Below are positions 8,369 through 17,319 of a DNA stretch of 64,000 nucleotides, in pieces (the stretch's first letter is position 1; each line of letters starts with the position of its first letter). The DNA is from a virus. A program made the position numbers and the translations under genes. The stretch spans positions 28,859-92,858 of IMG/VR virus record IMGVR_UViG_3300006076_000002. One strand, written 5' to 3'. The notes under the pieces are model-generated. The model made no database searches. It was not told where the DNA came from and saw only the letters and a program-made list of their open reading frames with translations.

Positions 8369-9097
8369 ATGGAAAAGAAATATAATAGGTCTCATATAGG
8401 AGAAACTCACATAACTAAAAGTTCTTTAGGTGGTTACACACTAAAAGTTATAGATGCAAGTAGTAAACCTGGATACTGTAAAATACAGATAAAAAACTGG
8501 ATAAAAGAAGTAGTGTATACTCATGTAAAAAATGGTGTAGTAAAATACCCGTACCACCCAACAGTTTTTAATATAGGCTATTTAGGAGAGGGTATTTACA
8601 CAAAAACAGCTAAATGTTATAGAGTATGGCAGGGTATGCTAGAAAGGTGCTACAGTAATAGCTGTCAAGAAAATCATCCTAGTTATAAAGGGGTAACTGT
8701 ATGCGAGAAGTGGTATAATTATCAAAACTTTGCTGAATGGTTCTATAAAAAATCAAATTACCAAGAAGGGTGGCATTTAGATAAAGATCTACTGTCAGGG
8801 GATAATAAACTGTATAGTCCAGAAACTTGCATCTTTATACCACAAGCGTTAAATAGTTTTATGACTAACAAACAAGTTACAAATACAAGCGGATATACAG
8901 GTGTAAGTAAAATACGGAATTCTACAAAATTCAAAGCACAAATAAAAAAGAATAACAAAGTCTATCATTTAGGAAATTTTACAAGTAAGATAATAGCACG
9001 TATAGTATATTTAAAAGCTAGAAGTGATTATGCTTTAGAGTGGCAACAAAATATGAAAAATAAGCTACCTTTAAAGGTGATACAAAATATAAAATAA
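8369..9097 (+). CDS. free-standing HNH homing endonuclease with C-terminal AP2-like domain
   Basis: WQGMLERCY, YKGVTVCEKW.NYQNFAEW, LDKDLL...YSPETCIF; NTSGYTGVS...FKAQI...HLGNF. Confidence 0.85.
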   Translation: MEKKYNRSHIGETHITKSSLGGYTLKVIDASSKPGYCKIQIKNWIKEVVYTHVKNGVVKYPYHPTVFNIGYLGEGIYTKTAKCYRVWQGMLERCYSNSCQENHPSYKGVTVCEKWYNYQNFAEWFYKKSNYQEGWHLDKDLLSGDNKLYSPETCIFIPQALNSFMTNKQVTNTSGYTGVSKIRNSTKFKAQIKKNNKVYHLGNFTSKIIARIVYLKARSDYALEWQQNMKNKLPLKVIQNIK

Positions 9098-9273
9098 TAG
9101 GCAAATTGGTGCCTCCTACTTGTACGGTTTTAGTTGAGCAAATCACTTCAGATGACCTTAAGTGGATTGAAGATATGATTATGCTTGCAAAAGACAAGCT
9201 ATTAGCTACTGAGCAGTATCCTGAACTACAATCTCTGATTTGACATGCGCCTCAGAGCTACTTCGAAGAGTAA
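9097..9273 (+). pseudogene. displaced, diverged copy of the 3' end of the 7344..8261 nuclease gene
   Basis: Translates IGKLVPPTCTVLVEQITSDDLKWIEDMIMLAKDKLLATEQYPELQSLI*HAPQSYFEE*, colinear with the last ~59 aa of the nuclease; no start codon, TGA at a Trp position. Confidence 0.9.
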
Positions 9274-9350
9274 TTTTATTACCACGACTAGTCGATGCCC
9301 TAGTCTATATGAAGGTGGTGGTAACCACAAGTCCGAAGGCATCACTATAT

Positions 9351-9424
9351 GTACCATTAAGCTCAAAGGTAGAGCTCATTTCCTTTTAAGATTTGGGTTA
9401 CTGGTTCGACTCCAGTATGGTACT
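9351..9424 (+). tRNA. tRNA-Lys(UUU)-like gene, atypical
   Basis: Acceptor GTACCAT/ATGGTAC, D arm GCTC/GAGC, loop CTTTTAA, T arm ACTGG-TTCGACT-CCAGT; two U-U mismatches in the anticodon stem, no encoded CCA. Confidence 0.75.
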
Positions 9425-9539
9425 ACTGATTCTAAGTTGATTACTTGGCACCTACTACGAGGTGAATTCGTAGAATCTCTGGTTAAGCTACCCATGACAA
9501 AAATGAAAAGGCTAGAGTAGACTAATCATCTACTCGTAC

Positions 9540-9663
9540 ACTTTATATGTGTAGGCAGCTAAGTTTTTACCTCCTACAATAAATTTTATTACTTGCGGAT
9601 TTGAACCTCGTATATAACAAATCAATTAATAGATTTTTACTTAGCTGTCTACTAGTATAAAGT
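9540..9663. ncRNA. long imperfect inverted repeat / candidate structured RNA
   Basis: ACTTTATA-TGT-GTAGGCAGCTAAGT pairs with ACTTAGCTGTCTAC-TAG-TATAAAGT; internal hairpin GATTTG/CAAATC. Confidence 0.4.
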
Positions 9664-9670
9664 AAAGGCG

Positions 9671-9913
9671 GTGCCAATGAGATGGCTAATACAAATATGG
9701 CATAACATATGGAACTATCTTATAACTAAGGATAGAGATCGTGTATTAGCTCAAATGATAAAAGAAACTAGAGAACAGACAATATCTGAACCCTCTAAAC
9801 ATAAGTGTCCTAAAACAGGATTAACTATAGTTGATAAGCTACCAGCTAGACAACTTAAAATAAAAAAGAAAAGGAAAGCTAATGGGAGAACTAGAACAGA
9901 AAATGTACAGTGA
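9671..9913 (+). CDS. hypothetical basic protein (start may be ATG 9677)
   Basis: ORF with upstream AAAGG. Confidence 0.5.
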   Translation: MPMRWLIQIWHNIWNYLITKDRDRVLAQMIKETREQTISEPSKHKCPKTGLTIVDKLPARQLKIKKKRKANGRTRTENVQ

Positions 9914-10115
9914 AACTCCAGTAGGTGCAGGTTATTATGCTTTACGTGAAAATACCTCTAAATGTGGTAAGAAGTACACAAAATTAGTTAAAGCAAATCG
10001 TTCACCAGAACCAGCTTATGGGGTACTTAATACACCTCCAAAACTGACACCTTCAGTAGGGCATAACCAACGTAGACAAAAAATCCTAGATAAAAGGAAA
10101 ACTAATGGTAACTAA
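9882..10115 (+). CDS. hypothetical basic protein
   Basis: AAGGA RBS. Confidence 0.6.
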   Translation: MGELEQKMYSETPVGAGYYALRENTSKCGKKYTKLVKANRSPEPAYGVLNTPPKLTPSVGHNQRRQKILDKRKTNGN

Positions 10116-10779
10116 AGAAGGTATTAAACTACTAATAGTAGCTCCAGAGAATTCAGGTAAAACACGTCTTATTAGCAATATTGAAAGTGGTTTAGTTATG
10201 TCAACGGACAACAAAGCATTCCGTGGTAAAGTACCACACTTCCGTTATAATATTTACAATGGTTTAGATGACTTAATCGAAACAATTAGTTCTAAACTTG
10301 AGGCCTACGAATCTAAATTTGGCAAACTGCCAGAAACATTTGTAATTGATTCCGTAACTCACTTACAGAATATAATCATCAAATACAATAATGATAAGTA
10401 CACAGGTTTTAATATCTGGACAAATATTAACCGTGACGTATTAGCTATTAATTCATTCATTGAAGAGGAACTAATTCCAGCCGGAATAAATGTAGTTATG
10501 ACTGCTCACGTAGTTTACGACACTGAAGCAGCACGTTGGAAGATTGACAGTCCGGGTAACTTCGGTAAAACTGGGAGCTGGCTTAGTATAGTTGACGAGA
10601 GTGTGTTTATAGAAGTCAAAGGTAACAAACGTATTCTTCACTTCAGCACTATGAAGTTCCCATGCAGAACCCTTCAAGCAGATTTACCTGAATCAATCAA
10701 CGTAGACGATTTTGATATTAATAAACATATTAAACTGCTTGAATCATCCGTACAGGAAAGTGAGGAATGGGCGATATAA
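10105..10779 (+). CDS. AAA_24/Sak4-like ATPase (recombination)
   Basis: Walker A-like APENSGKT, Walker B FVIDS, VVMTAH; located near nuclease and SSB. Confidence 0.8.
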   Translation: MVTKEGIKLLIVAPENSGKTRLISNIESGLVMSTDNKAFRGKVPHFRYNIYNGLDDLIETISSKLEAYESKFGKLPETFVIDSVTHLQNIIIKYNNDKYTGFNIWTNINRDVLAINSFIEEELIPAGINVVMTAHVVYDTEAARWKIDSPGNFGKTGSWLSIVDESVFIEVKGNKRILHFSTMKFPCRTLQADLPESINVDDFDINKHIKLLESSVQESEEWAI

Positions 10780-10786
10780 GGACCAT

Positions 10787-10867
10787 TTAAGCACATTAGT
10801 TGTACAATTCGTACCCAACATTGGATATTACCTATAAAGGATTACTTAAGTTATGTTCTGTTATACT
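10787..10867 (+). promoter_or_regulatory. two tandem promoters (TTAAGC-N10-TACAAT 10787-10808; TTAAGT-N10-TATACT 10846-10867) with an orphan AAAGGA RBS between them
   Basis: Both match window-wide motif. Confidence 0.55.
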
Positions 10868-10943
10868 TTTAATCTACGCAGGGTTAATATACTGCACCAT
10901 CTAAACTTTACGGAATTGCCAAATTCTATAAAAAGGAGTTTAG

Positions 10944-11687
10944 ATGAACTCAAATGAAATTAAAGTACTACATAACAAACCTTTTAAAGGTAAATTTAAG
11001 CCACTCAAGCAAGAGAATTATGTTTTAAAGGTATTAGCGGATTTAGGTATGCAGTATCCTACTAAATCCTCTAAACAGAAAAAGCGTATGGTACATATTG
11101 AATGTAAATGTGGAGATATTCTTACTGTACAAGAAAAGCAGTTCAGAGATAATCACGCTAGAGTATGTAAAAAATGTTCAAATAAAGATAAAATTATATT
11201 TGGAGATAGTTATAAAGACTCTATCGGATTTTATCTTAGAAAAATACATTCTGGTGTTAAAGGTAGATGTACTAACCCTAAAAATAAAGATTACGAAAAA
11301 TATAGTAAGTTAGGTATATACCAACCTTGGATGGATTATAGTGTATTTAGACATTGGGCATTAACTAATGGATACAAACCGGGATTAACTATTGATAGGG
11401 TAGATAACAATAAAGGGTACTATCCAAATAACTGTAGATGGACTACTAAAAGTATACAAGCACAAAACACTAGAGTTTTACGTTCTACTAATAAATCTGG
11501 TTACAGAGGGGTTAGTTGGAATAAAAAAGAGAATATATGGAAAGTTAATATAATGACGAACGGTAAAAATAAATATTTAGGTAGATTTACTACAGCCTTA
11601 GAAGGCGCTAAAGCTTATGATACCTACGTAGTTGAACATAATACTCAACATAATATTAACGGAGTTTTATACTCTGAATTACGATAA
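10944..11687 (+). CDS. free-standing HNH-AP2 homing endonuclease
   Basis: CKCG, LTIDRVDNNKGYYPNNCRW, NKSGYRGVSW...YLGRF...AKAYD. Confidence 0.9.
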   Translation: MNSNEIKVLHNKPFKGKFKPLKQENYVLKVLADLGMQYPTKSSKQKKRMVHIECKCGDILTVQEKQFRDNHARVCKKCSNKDKIIFGDSYKDSIGFYLRKIHSGVKGRCTNPKNKDYEKYSKLGIYQPWMDYSVFRHWALTNGYKPGLTIDRVDNNKGYYPNNCRWTTKSIQAQNTRVLRSTNKSGYRGVSWNKKENIWKVNIMTNGKNKYLGRFTTALEGAKAYDTYVVEHNTQHNINGVLYSELR

Positions 11688-11724
11688 GTTAATTTAAAGA
11701 ATTAAATATAAAAGGAAATAATAA

Positions 11725-12411
11725 ATGAGTTTTTTTAAAACAAAAAGAGATAGTGAGTCAGTAAAAGAAAGAGTTGGAGGAAGTTCTAAATTTTTAAATA
11801 AAGCCGGAATATACGATGTAAATGTAATTGCAGCATTTGTAAATGAAGGTAAAGGTGGATCTTTAACAGTTGACTTTTTCATTGAGAAAGATGAGCAACC
11901 ACAACCATTATACGGATCTCTTAGAATTACCAACAATAACGGTGACGAGAACAAGATTGGTGCAGCAACATTCAATAAACTACTAGTTATTCTTGATGAA
12001 GATGAAGCAGCAGATCCAGAGGAAGCAACTCTACCAATGGGTAAAGATGGTGCAGACAAAGATGTAGCTGTAATTCCTAACCTAACGGATTTTGAAGTCA
12101 AAGTATGGGTAGCTATCGAGTATTCAGTATACAATGGCTCTATCAAAGAGAAGAAAGTAATTCGTAACTTTTACCGTGCAAACGATGGTGCATCAGCAGA
12201 GGAAATCGTTAATGAAGCAGAACCAGGTCAACAGTACGCTAAAGATCTTGAGTACCTTGAAACTTCAGAAAACAAAGGTGTAATCTACAAAGATAATCTT
12301 ACTGCAGACCAAGTACAAGAGTGGATCAAAGGCGGACGTAAAGAAGGCACTGTAGGTGGAAGCACATCAGCAGCTAAGCCTAATTTCTCAAAACGTAGAT
12401 TTGGAAAATAA
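11725..12411 (+). CDS. single-stranded DNA-binding protein (N4 gp45-like position)
   Basis: Follows AAA ATPase; GIYDVNV beta pattern, G/S/A-rich tail ending in FGK. Confidence 0.6.
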   Translation: MSFFKTKRDSESVKERVGGSSKFLNKAGIYDVNVIAAFVNEGKGGSLTVDFFIEKDEQPQPLYGSLRITNNNGDENKIGAATFNKLLVILDEDEAADPEEATLPMGKDGADKDVAVIPNLTDFEVKVWVAIEYSVYNGSIKEKKVIRNFYRANDGASAEEIVNEAEPGQQYAKDLEYLETSENKGVIYKDNLTADQVQEWIKGGRKEGTVGGSTSAAKPNFSKRRFGK

Positions 12412-12609
12412 ATAGTTTAAGGAAAGTTATCAGCCTTAAAGAGAGACTAAGTCTATCGTATACAGAGACTATAAACCTTGCACCCTAACTTTGTCAGTTA
12501 ACTAGGTTAAATAAAACTGATCGTCTAGAATTCACAAAGACGCAAACTTTTGAATCCCACGTCCAGCAGTACGGAGGTCAGTAACTACTGCTATTTATAA
12601 AGGAAAATA

Positions 12610-12900
12610 ATGGAAAATAAAGAATTGCAAGATTTACGCAAACAGTGCAGTAAATTAGAAAAACAAGTAAAGAAACACTTAAAGAATACGCTTAGTATTT
12701 ATGCAGAGCTATTGGCAGGTTTTGAAAAACAAGACTCGCTAGACCCTGACGAAGTAGGTGTTATCATAGCTTCTTTAGGTTTACAGACTTCACGTGTATT
12801 TGATACACTAAACGATAAAGACTTATCCGTACAAGAGTTGGCTTCTAAGCTTAAACGTATTAATAAAACACCAACTGTTACAACTACAAAGGAAAAATAA
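12610..12900 (+). CDS. hypothetical protein
   Basis: AAGGA RBS. Confidence 0.7.
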   Translation: MENKELQDLRKQCSKLEKQVKKHLKNTLSIYAELLAGFEKQDSLDPDEVGVIIASLGLQTSRVFDTLNDKDLSVQELASKLKRINKTPTVTTTKEK

Positions 12901-13181
12901 TGAACAAACAACAATTTATTGAAGAACTATCTCTACTAGAAGATTTTGAGTCTAAGGCAGCTGCAGCTCGTGCAGTCGAATTAGCTATCGATATTATTAC
13001 TAAACAAGTAGCTTCCGGTAACGAAGTAGTTATCAGTGGATTAGGTAAATTCTATCCACATAAACAAACAGGTAAAAGTGGGAAAGTTCCAGGTACTGAC
13101 AGAACATATACTACTCAAGATAAGATGGTACCTAAGTTCAAAGCAGCAAAAGCTTTCAAAGACACTGTAGCTGGAGTGTAG
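12900..13181 (+). CDS. hup: HU/IHF-family DNA-binding protein
   Basis: MNKQQFIEEL...GNEVVISGLGKF...GKVPGT...VPKFKAAKAFKDTV. Confidence 0.9.
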   Translation: MNKQQFIEELSLLEDFESKAAAARAVELAIDIITKQVASGNEVVISGLGKFYPHKQTGKSGKVPGTDRTYTTQDKMVPKFKAAKAFKDTVAGV

Positions 13182-13184
13182 ACT

Positions 13185-13307
13185 ATGTCTACTCTTCAAT
13201 ACATTAAAAATCGGCTAAACGAACAAGTACAATGTACAGTAGGTTTCAAAGTATTTACTTACTTATCCTTCGCATTAGTATGGCTCACTCTAGCGTTAGG
13301 AAAATAG
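13185..13307 (+). CDS. 40-aa small membrane protein
   Basis: GGAG RBS; C-terminal hydrophobic stretch VFTYLSFALVWLTLALG. Confidence 0.45.
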   Translation: MSTLQYIKNRLNEQVQCTVGFKVFTYLSFALVWLTLALGK

Positions 13308-13308
13308 C

Positions 13309-15453
13309 ATGGCTATTGAACTAGCAACTAATAAAACACACATAGTTGTCAAACGTGATGGAAGAGAAGAACCTTATTCTGAAGCTAAAATGAAACAAGT
13401 ACTTATGTGGGCTTGTCAAGGTAGTGAACCATTAGCTGATAGCATACTAGAAGCGATTGAAATACGCATTTACAACAAGATAGCCATAGAAACACTATTC
13501 GATGAAGTAATAGATACTGTATATAATATGATATCTAGACTTACACCACAATACGAAGAAGTACTAAAGCGCTTATTCATACAGAAAACCTATAAAGAGT
13601 TATGGGGTATTAAGCGTGCAGAGTATCCAACATTAGCACAATATTTTGCTGAGTTTAGTGGACAGGATAAAGAACTAATCGATCCAAAATTATCTCCAAC
13701 TGAGTTAGAGCAACTTGATTTAGCTATTAAGCCGGAAAGAGACTTATTAAGCCCATATCTAGGTTTAACGGTATTCTTTGAGAAGTATTCTATACGTGGA
13801 AAAGAACTATTACAGCATGGTTTTATGCGTGTAGCTATTCAACCTTATGTAAATGATACTTCACCAAATAGAATTCAGAAAATTATCAACCGTTACAATA
13901 ACTTATCTTTAGGTTACTATACAGAAGCAACTCCTAAATTTAAGAACTCTCTTAAGCATAAGTTTTACGGGGCATCTTGCTGTGTACACAAATCAGCAGA
14001 TAACTCTGAATCAATCAATGCCGTAACTTCTGATATTGGTCAGTATTCTCGTGCAGATGGTGGTAATGCTTGTGATGTATCTGATTGGAGAGCATCTAAC
14101 TCAACTATCGGATTAGTAGGTAAGTCTGATGGTCCTATACCATTTATTAAAAAACTTGAAGCATCTGTTAACGCATTTAATCAAAATTCTACTCGTCCTG
14201 GTGTATGTGCAGTATACTATCAATGGTGGCATGCAGACGTTATGGCACTACTTCCGTTAATGGATGAAGGTGGTAAAGAAAACCAACGTGCCAGAGGTCT
14301 TAAATTTGGTATCAAACTTAACCGTCTATTCTTACGTGCTATTACAGCTAACGAAGATGTACATTTATTTGATCCGAAAGTAGTACCTCATTTGAACAAC
14401 CTGTTTGGCACAGAATTCGATGAAGCCTATGATCAAGCTGTCAAAGCTAAGTTGTACACTTCAGTGATACCAGCACGTACTATTGCATTGGCCATAGCTA
14501 AAGAGCGTCTTGAAACAGGCAATTTATACATTTTCTTCATTGAAAATGCAAATGAGCACACTCCTTTCAATGATATTATTCATAGTTCTAATCTCTGTAT
14601 GGAAATATTTTTACCTACTATTGCTACTGAATTTAATAAAAGTAGGGTAGTAACAGATTTATCTACAGGTGAAGCCTATACTGAAAGCTACAATAAAACA
14701 GGACTAACTGCACTGTGCAATCTTAGTTCTATCAATGTAGATAAATGGATAAACATGTCATCAGAAGAACGAGATACTTTAGCTGCTGAGCTATTGGAGT
14801 CTTCTGATAATCTAATTGACTTACAAAGCTACCCTACTCCTGAAGGTGAATTATTCAACCGTAATTACAGAGCAATTGGTATTGGTATGAATAACTTAGC
14901 ATATGCATTTGCAAGCAGAAATATTAAGTTTACTGATGACGATGCAAAAGTATTAATGGAAGAAATATCATCTTCAATCCATGAAGTATTTAACCGTGCG
15001 TCATACAACCTAGCTATACAACGTGGTAATTTCCTATGGCATAATAAAACTAAGCTATCTGAACCTAGGCGTTTTGCAACATTGTTTGCTTTACCCCCAG
15101 GAGCTACAAACAGTTTAATTATTGGTGCTACCGAAGGTACTGAACCGGTATCTAAACTATTGAGTGAGAAAACAGGTACATACTCATCTAAACAATTAGT
15201 ACCTGAACTACTTAAGTACGGAATGAACTACCAGTTAGCTGCGGAGATACCTACAAAAGTATTATATGATTTAGCAGCGATTCGTCAACGCTATCTTGAT
15301 CAAGGACAATCTCTTAACACATATGCTAAAGATCCTTCAAGTGCATACGAAGTAGTTAATGCCATTATCTATGCTGAATCAGTAGGGCTTAAGTCGCTTT
15401 ACTATTTACAATCAAATACGGCAGTCGATGAGTGCCTTAGCTGTGGAGCTTAA
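13309..15453 (+). CDS. nrdA: class I ribonucleotide reductase alpha subunit with ATP cone
   Basis: VVKRDG ATP cone, ATP motif, SCC, SNLCMEI, CNLSS, KSLYY, C-terminal CLSC. Confidence 0.95.
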   Translation: MAIELATNKTHIVVKRDGREEPYSEAKMKQVLMWACQGSEPLADSILEAIEIRIYNKIAIETLFDEVIDTVYNMISRLTPQYEEVLKRLFIQKTYKELWGIKRAEYPTLAQYFAEFSGQDKELIDPKLSPTELEQLDLAIKPERDLLSPYLGLTVFFEKYSIRGKELLQHGFMRVAIQPYVNDTSPNRIQKIINRYNNLSLGYYTEATPKFKNSLKHKFYGASCCVHKSADNSESINAVTSDIGQYSRADGGNACDVSDWRASNSTIGLVGKSDGPIPFIKKLEASVNAFNQNSTRPGVCAVYYQWWHADVMALLPLMDEGGKENQRARGLKFGIKLNRLFLRAITANEDVHLFDPKVVPHLNNLFGTEFDEAYDQAVKAKLYTSVIPARTIALAIAKERLETGNLYIFFIENANEHTPFNDIIHSSNLCMEIFLPTIATEFNKSRVVTDLSTGEAYTESYNKTGLTALCNLSSINVDKWINMSSEERDTLAAELLESSDNLIDLQSYPTPEGELFNRNYRAIGIGMNNLAYAFASRNIKFTDDDAKVLMEEISSSIHEVFNRASYNLAIQRGNFLWHNKTKLSEPRRFATLFALPPGATNSLIIGATEGTEPVSKLLSEKTGTYSSKQLVPELLKYGMNYQLAAEIPTKVLYDLAAIRQRYLDQGQSLNTYAKDPSSAYEVVNAIIYAESVGLKSLYYLQSNTAVDECLSCGA

Positions 15454-15455
15454 CA

Positions 15456-16481
15456 ATGAAACATATAATCACACTTAACCCTCAAACAGACACATCTCTA
15501 TTTGGGCAATCAGACGGAGGTGTATTCCTTCGTACTGACAAAGTACAACATAGAATACTAAAAGACCTATGGGACAAATCTAACGCTTTATTCTGGACTG
15601 TAAACATGGTTGATTTCTCTAAGGACTCAATTGAACACATACCAGAAATTGGTCAACGAATGTTTAAACTAAACAACGGCTATCAATCTTTAATGGATTC
15701 AGGCGTAGTTGGTATTTATAATCACTTAGCTTTATTAACTACTTCCAACGAAGTAGCTTTATCTTATCAGCAGATAGCATTTATGGAAACAATTCATGCA
15801 ACTAGCTATTCTGATGGCTTATTGCAAATGTTTAATGAAAAAGCTACAGAGATAATTGATATAGTATATACAGATAAAGTAGTACAAAATAGATTATCTT
15901 CGGAGATAGACTATTCCGATAAAGTAATTATTGATCCAAGCAAGCATAACATAGCTTTATCAATAGCTGCGACATATTTGCTAGAATCTATTAAGTTCCC
16001 ATTCAGCTTCTTTGTAACCTTTTCTATTAATAAAGCTTACAGTAATTGCATCAATGGCTTCTCTCAGCTAATTTCACGAATAGCTACTGACGAATTGGAA
16101 ATCCATGTACCAACTAATAAGTACATTCTCAAACAACTGATAAAAGAAGGTGCGATACAGAAGCAGGAAATCTTAACTATGGCTAATACTATCCTAGAAC
16201 AAGAGCTTAACTGGAATCAGTACCTACAGCAAGATGGCCCAATACCTGGGTACAATAAAGAGATAGGTACACAGTTTATTAAGTACATGCACAATAAGTC
16301 TGTACGTGATCTAGGTGTAGATATAGATGTAATAAAACCAAACGATACTGTTCAATGGTTCAATCATGTAAGAAACCCAGACAACAAGCAAGTATCTCAA
16401 CAAGAACAAAAGTCAACGCAATACCAGAAAGGTGTTATGAAGGATAACTTATTCTTATTAGACAAGGCTGATAATGACTGA
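15456..16481 (+). CDS. nrdB: ribonucleotide reductase beta subunit
   Basis: FW, METIHATSY, LESIKF...FF, DELEIH, C-terminal QE....QY. Confidence 0.92.
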   Translation: MKHIITLNPQTDTSLFGQSDGGVFLRTDKVQHRILKDLWDKSNALFWTVNMVDFSKDSIEHIPEIGQRMFKLNNGYQSLMDSGVVGIYNHLALLTTSNEVALSYQQIAFMETIHATSYSDGLLQMFNEKATEIIDIVYTDKVVQNRLSSEIDYSDKVIIDPSKHNIALSIAATYLLESIKFPFSFFVTFSINKAYSNCINGFSQLISRIATDELEIHVPTNKYILKQLIKEGAIQKQEILTMANTILEQELNWNQYLQQDGPIPGYNKEIGTQFIKYMHNKSVRDLGVDIDVIKPNDTVQWFNHVRNPDNKQVSQQEQKSTQYQKGVMKDNLFLLDKADND

Positions 16482-16650
16482 ATCTGATATACGTAAAAAG
16501 ATTGAGCAGTATAGAGTTTCTGATGCACCAATTCACATCAAGGAAGCAGCTATTAAAGAGCTGGAACAAAAACTAATCTGTAATGACCAGGAAGCTCGTA
16601 CTCAGTACATTGAGGGCTTACCTGATACATCAGACATACAACAAGATTAA
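16474..16650 (+). CDS. hypothetical protein, 58 aa (MTESDIRKKIEQY...)
   Basis: Fills the gap between nrdB and the methyltransferase. Confidence 0.55.
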   Translation: MTESDIRKKIEQYRVSDAPIHIKEAAIKELEQKLICNDQEARTQYIEGLPDTSDIQQD

Positions 16651-16659
16651 AGGAACACA

Positions 16660-17295
16660 ATGAGCGCTAAAAATAGAGGTAGTACAACAATCTTACAAGA
16701 ATTTTACCCTACACCTACTACTACTGTAGATAGTATACTGGATGAAATAAATTGGAGTAAAATTACTACCTTTTGTGAACCTTGTAAAGGTGACGGAGCT
16801 GTGTATAATAAAGTACCCCTACTAGATGAGCATAAATACTATTTCGAACTAACAGAGGGTACTAACTATTTAGACCCTAAAAACTCAAAACAAGTAGATT
16901 TAATTTTAACTAATCCTCCTTTTTCGTTAGCAGAAGAGTTTATAACTAAAGCTAAAAAAGAAGCTAAGTGTGTGGTTATGCTCCAACGAGTAAATTTTCT
17001 AGGGTCACAAGCACGTAAAGAGTTTTGGAGTAAAAACCCACCTACCCATCTATTTGTATTAGCAAACAGACCTAAGTTTGTAGCTCGTTGTAATAACAAT
17101 AAACGCACAGAAGACGGGAAAAAAGTTTGTAACAATAAGGAATCTTACCAAATTACCGAACCGGCACAACCGTGTAATACGTGCGGTAAACTAACCGTAC
17201 CATCCAGTGATGCAACTGAATACGCATGGTTTGTATGGTGTGAAGAAAGTCATTTAGATATGATTAAAAAAGATAAAGGTGTATATGTTATTTAA
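16660..17295 (+). CDS. orphan DNA N6-adenine methyltransferase
   Basis: FYPTP, EPCKGDG (SAM binding), TNPPF (catalytic), YAWFVW. Confidence 0.85.
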   Translation: MSAKNRGSTTILQEFYPTPTTTVDSILDEINWSKITTFCEPCKGDGAVYNKVPLLDEHKYYFELTEGTNYLDPKNSKQVDLILTNPPFSLAEEFITKAKKEAKCVVMLQRVNFLGSQARKEFWSKNPPTHLFVLANRPKFVARCNNNKRTEDGKKVCNNKESYQITEPAQPCNTCGKLTVPSSDATEYAWFVWCEESHLDMIKKDKGVYVI

Positions 17296-17319
17296 CACAT
17301 CTATAAATAAAGGAATACA

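Noticed and set aside
8087-9101. Group I intron interrupting the nuclease gene
   Set aside because: The upstream gene is already complete in frame, the would-be second exon has a stop codon, and I see no group I core elements.
9241-9243. TGA at a conserved Trp position, suggesting genetic-code reassignment
   Set aside because: It lies in a start-less gene remnant; long genes use TGG, contain no in-frame TGA, and TGA serves as a stop in ATGA overlaps.
9245-9520. 91-aa ORF in the ORF track
   Set aside because: Overlaps the gene remnant, the tRNA and hairpins; no RBS.
12536-12550. GACGCAAA resembling part of a c-di-GMP-I riboswitch
   Set aside because: The preceding GGCAAAC/GAAA P2 stem and the rest of the aptamer are missing.
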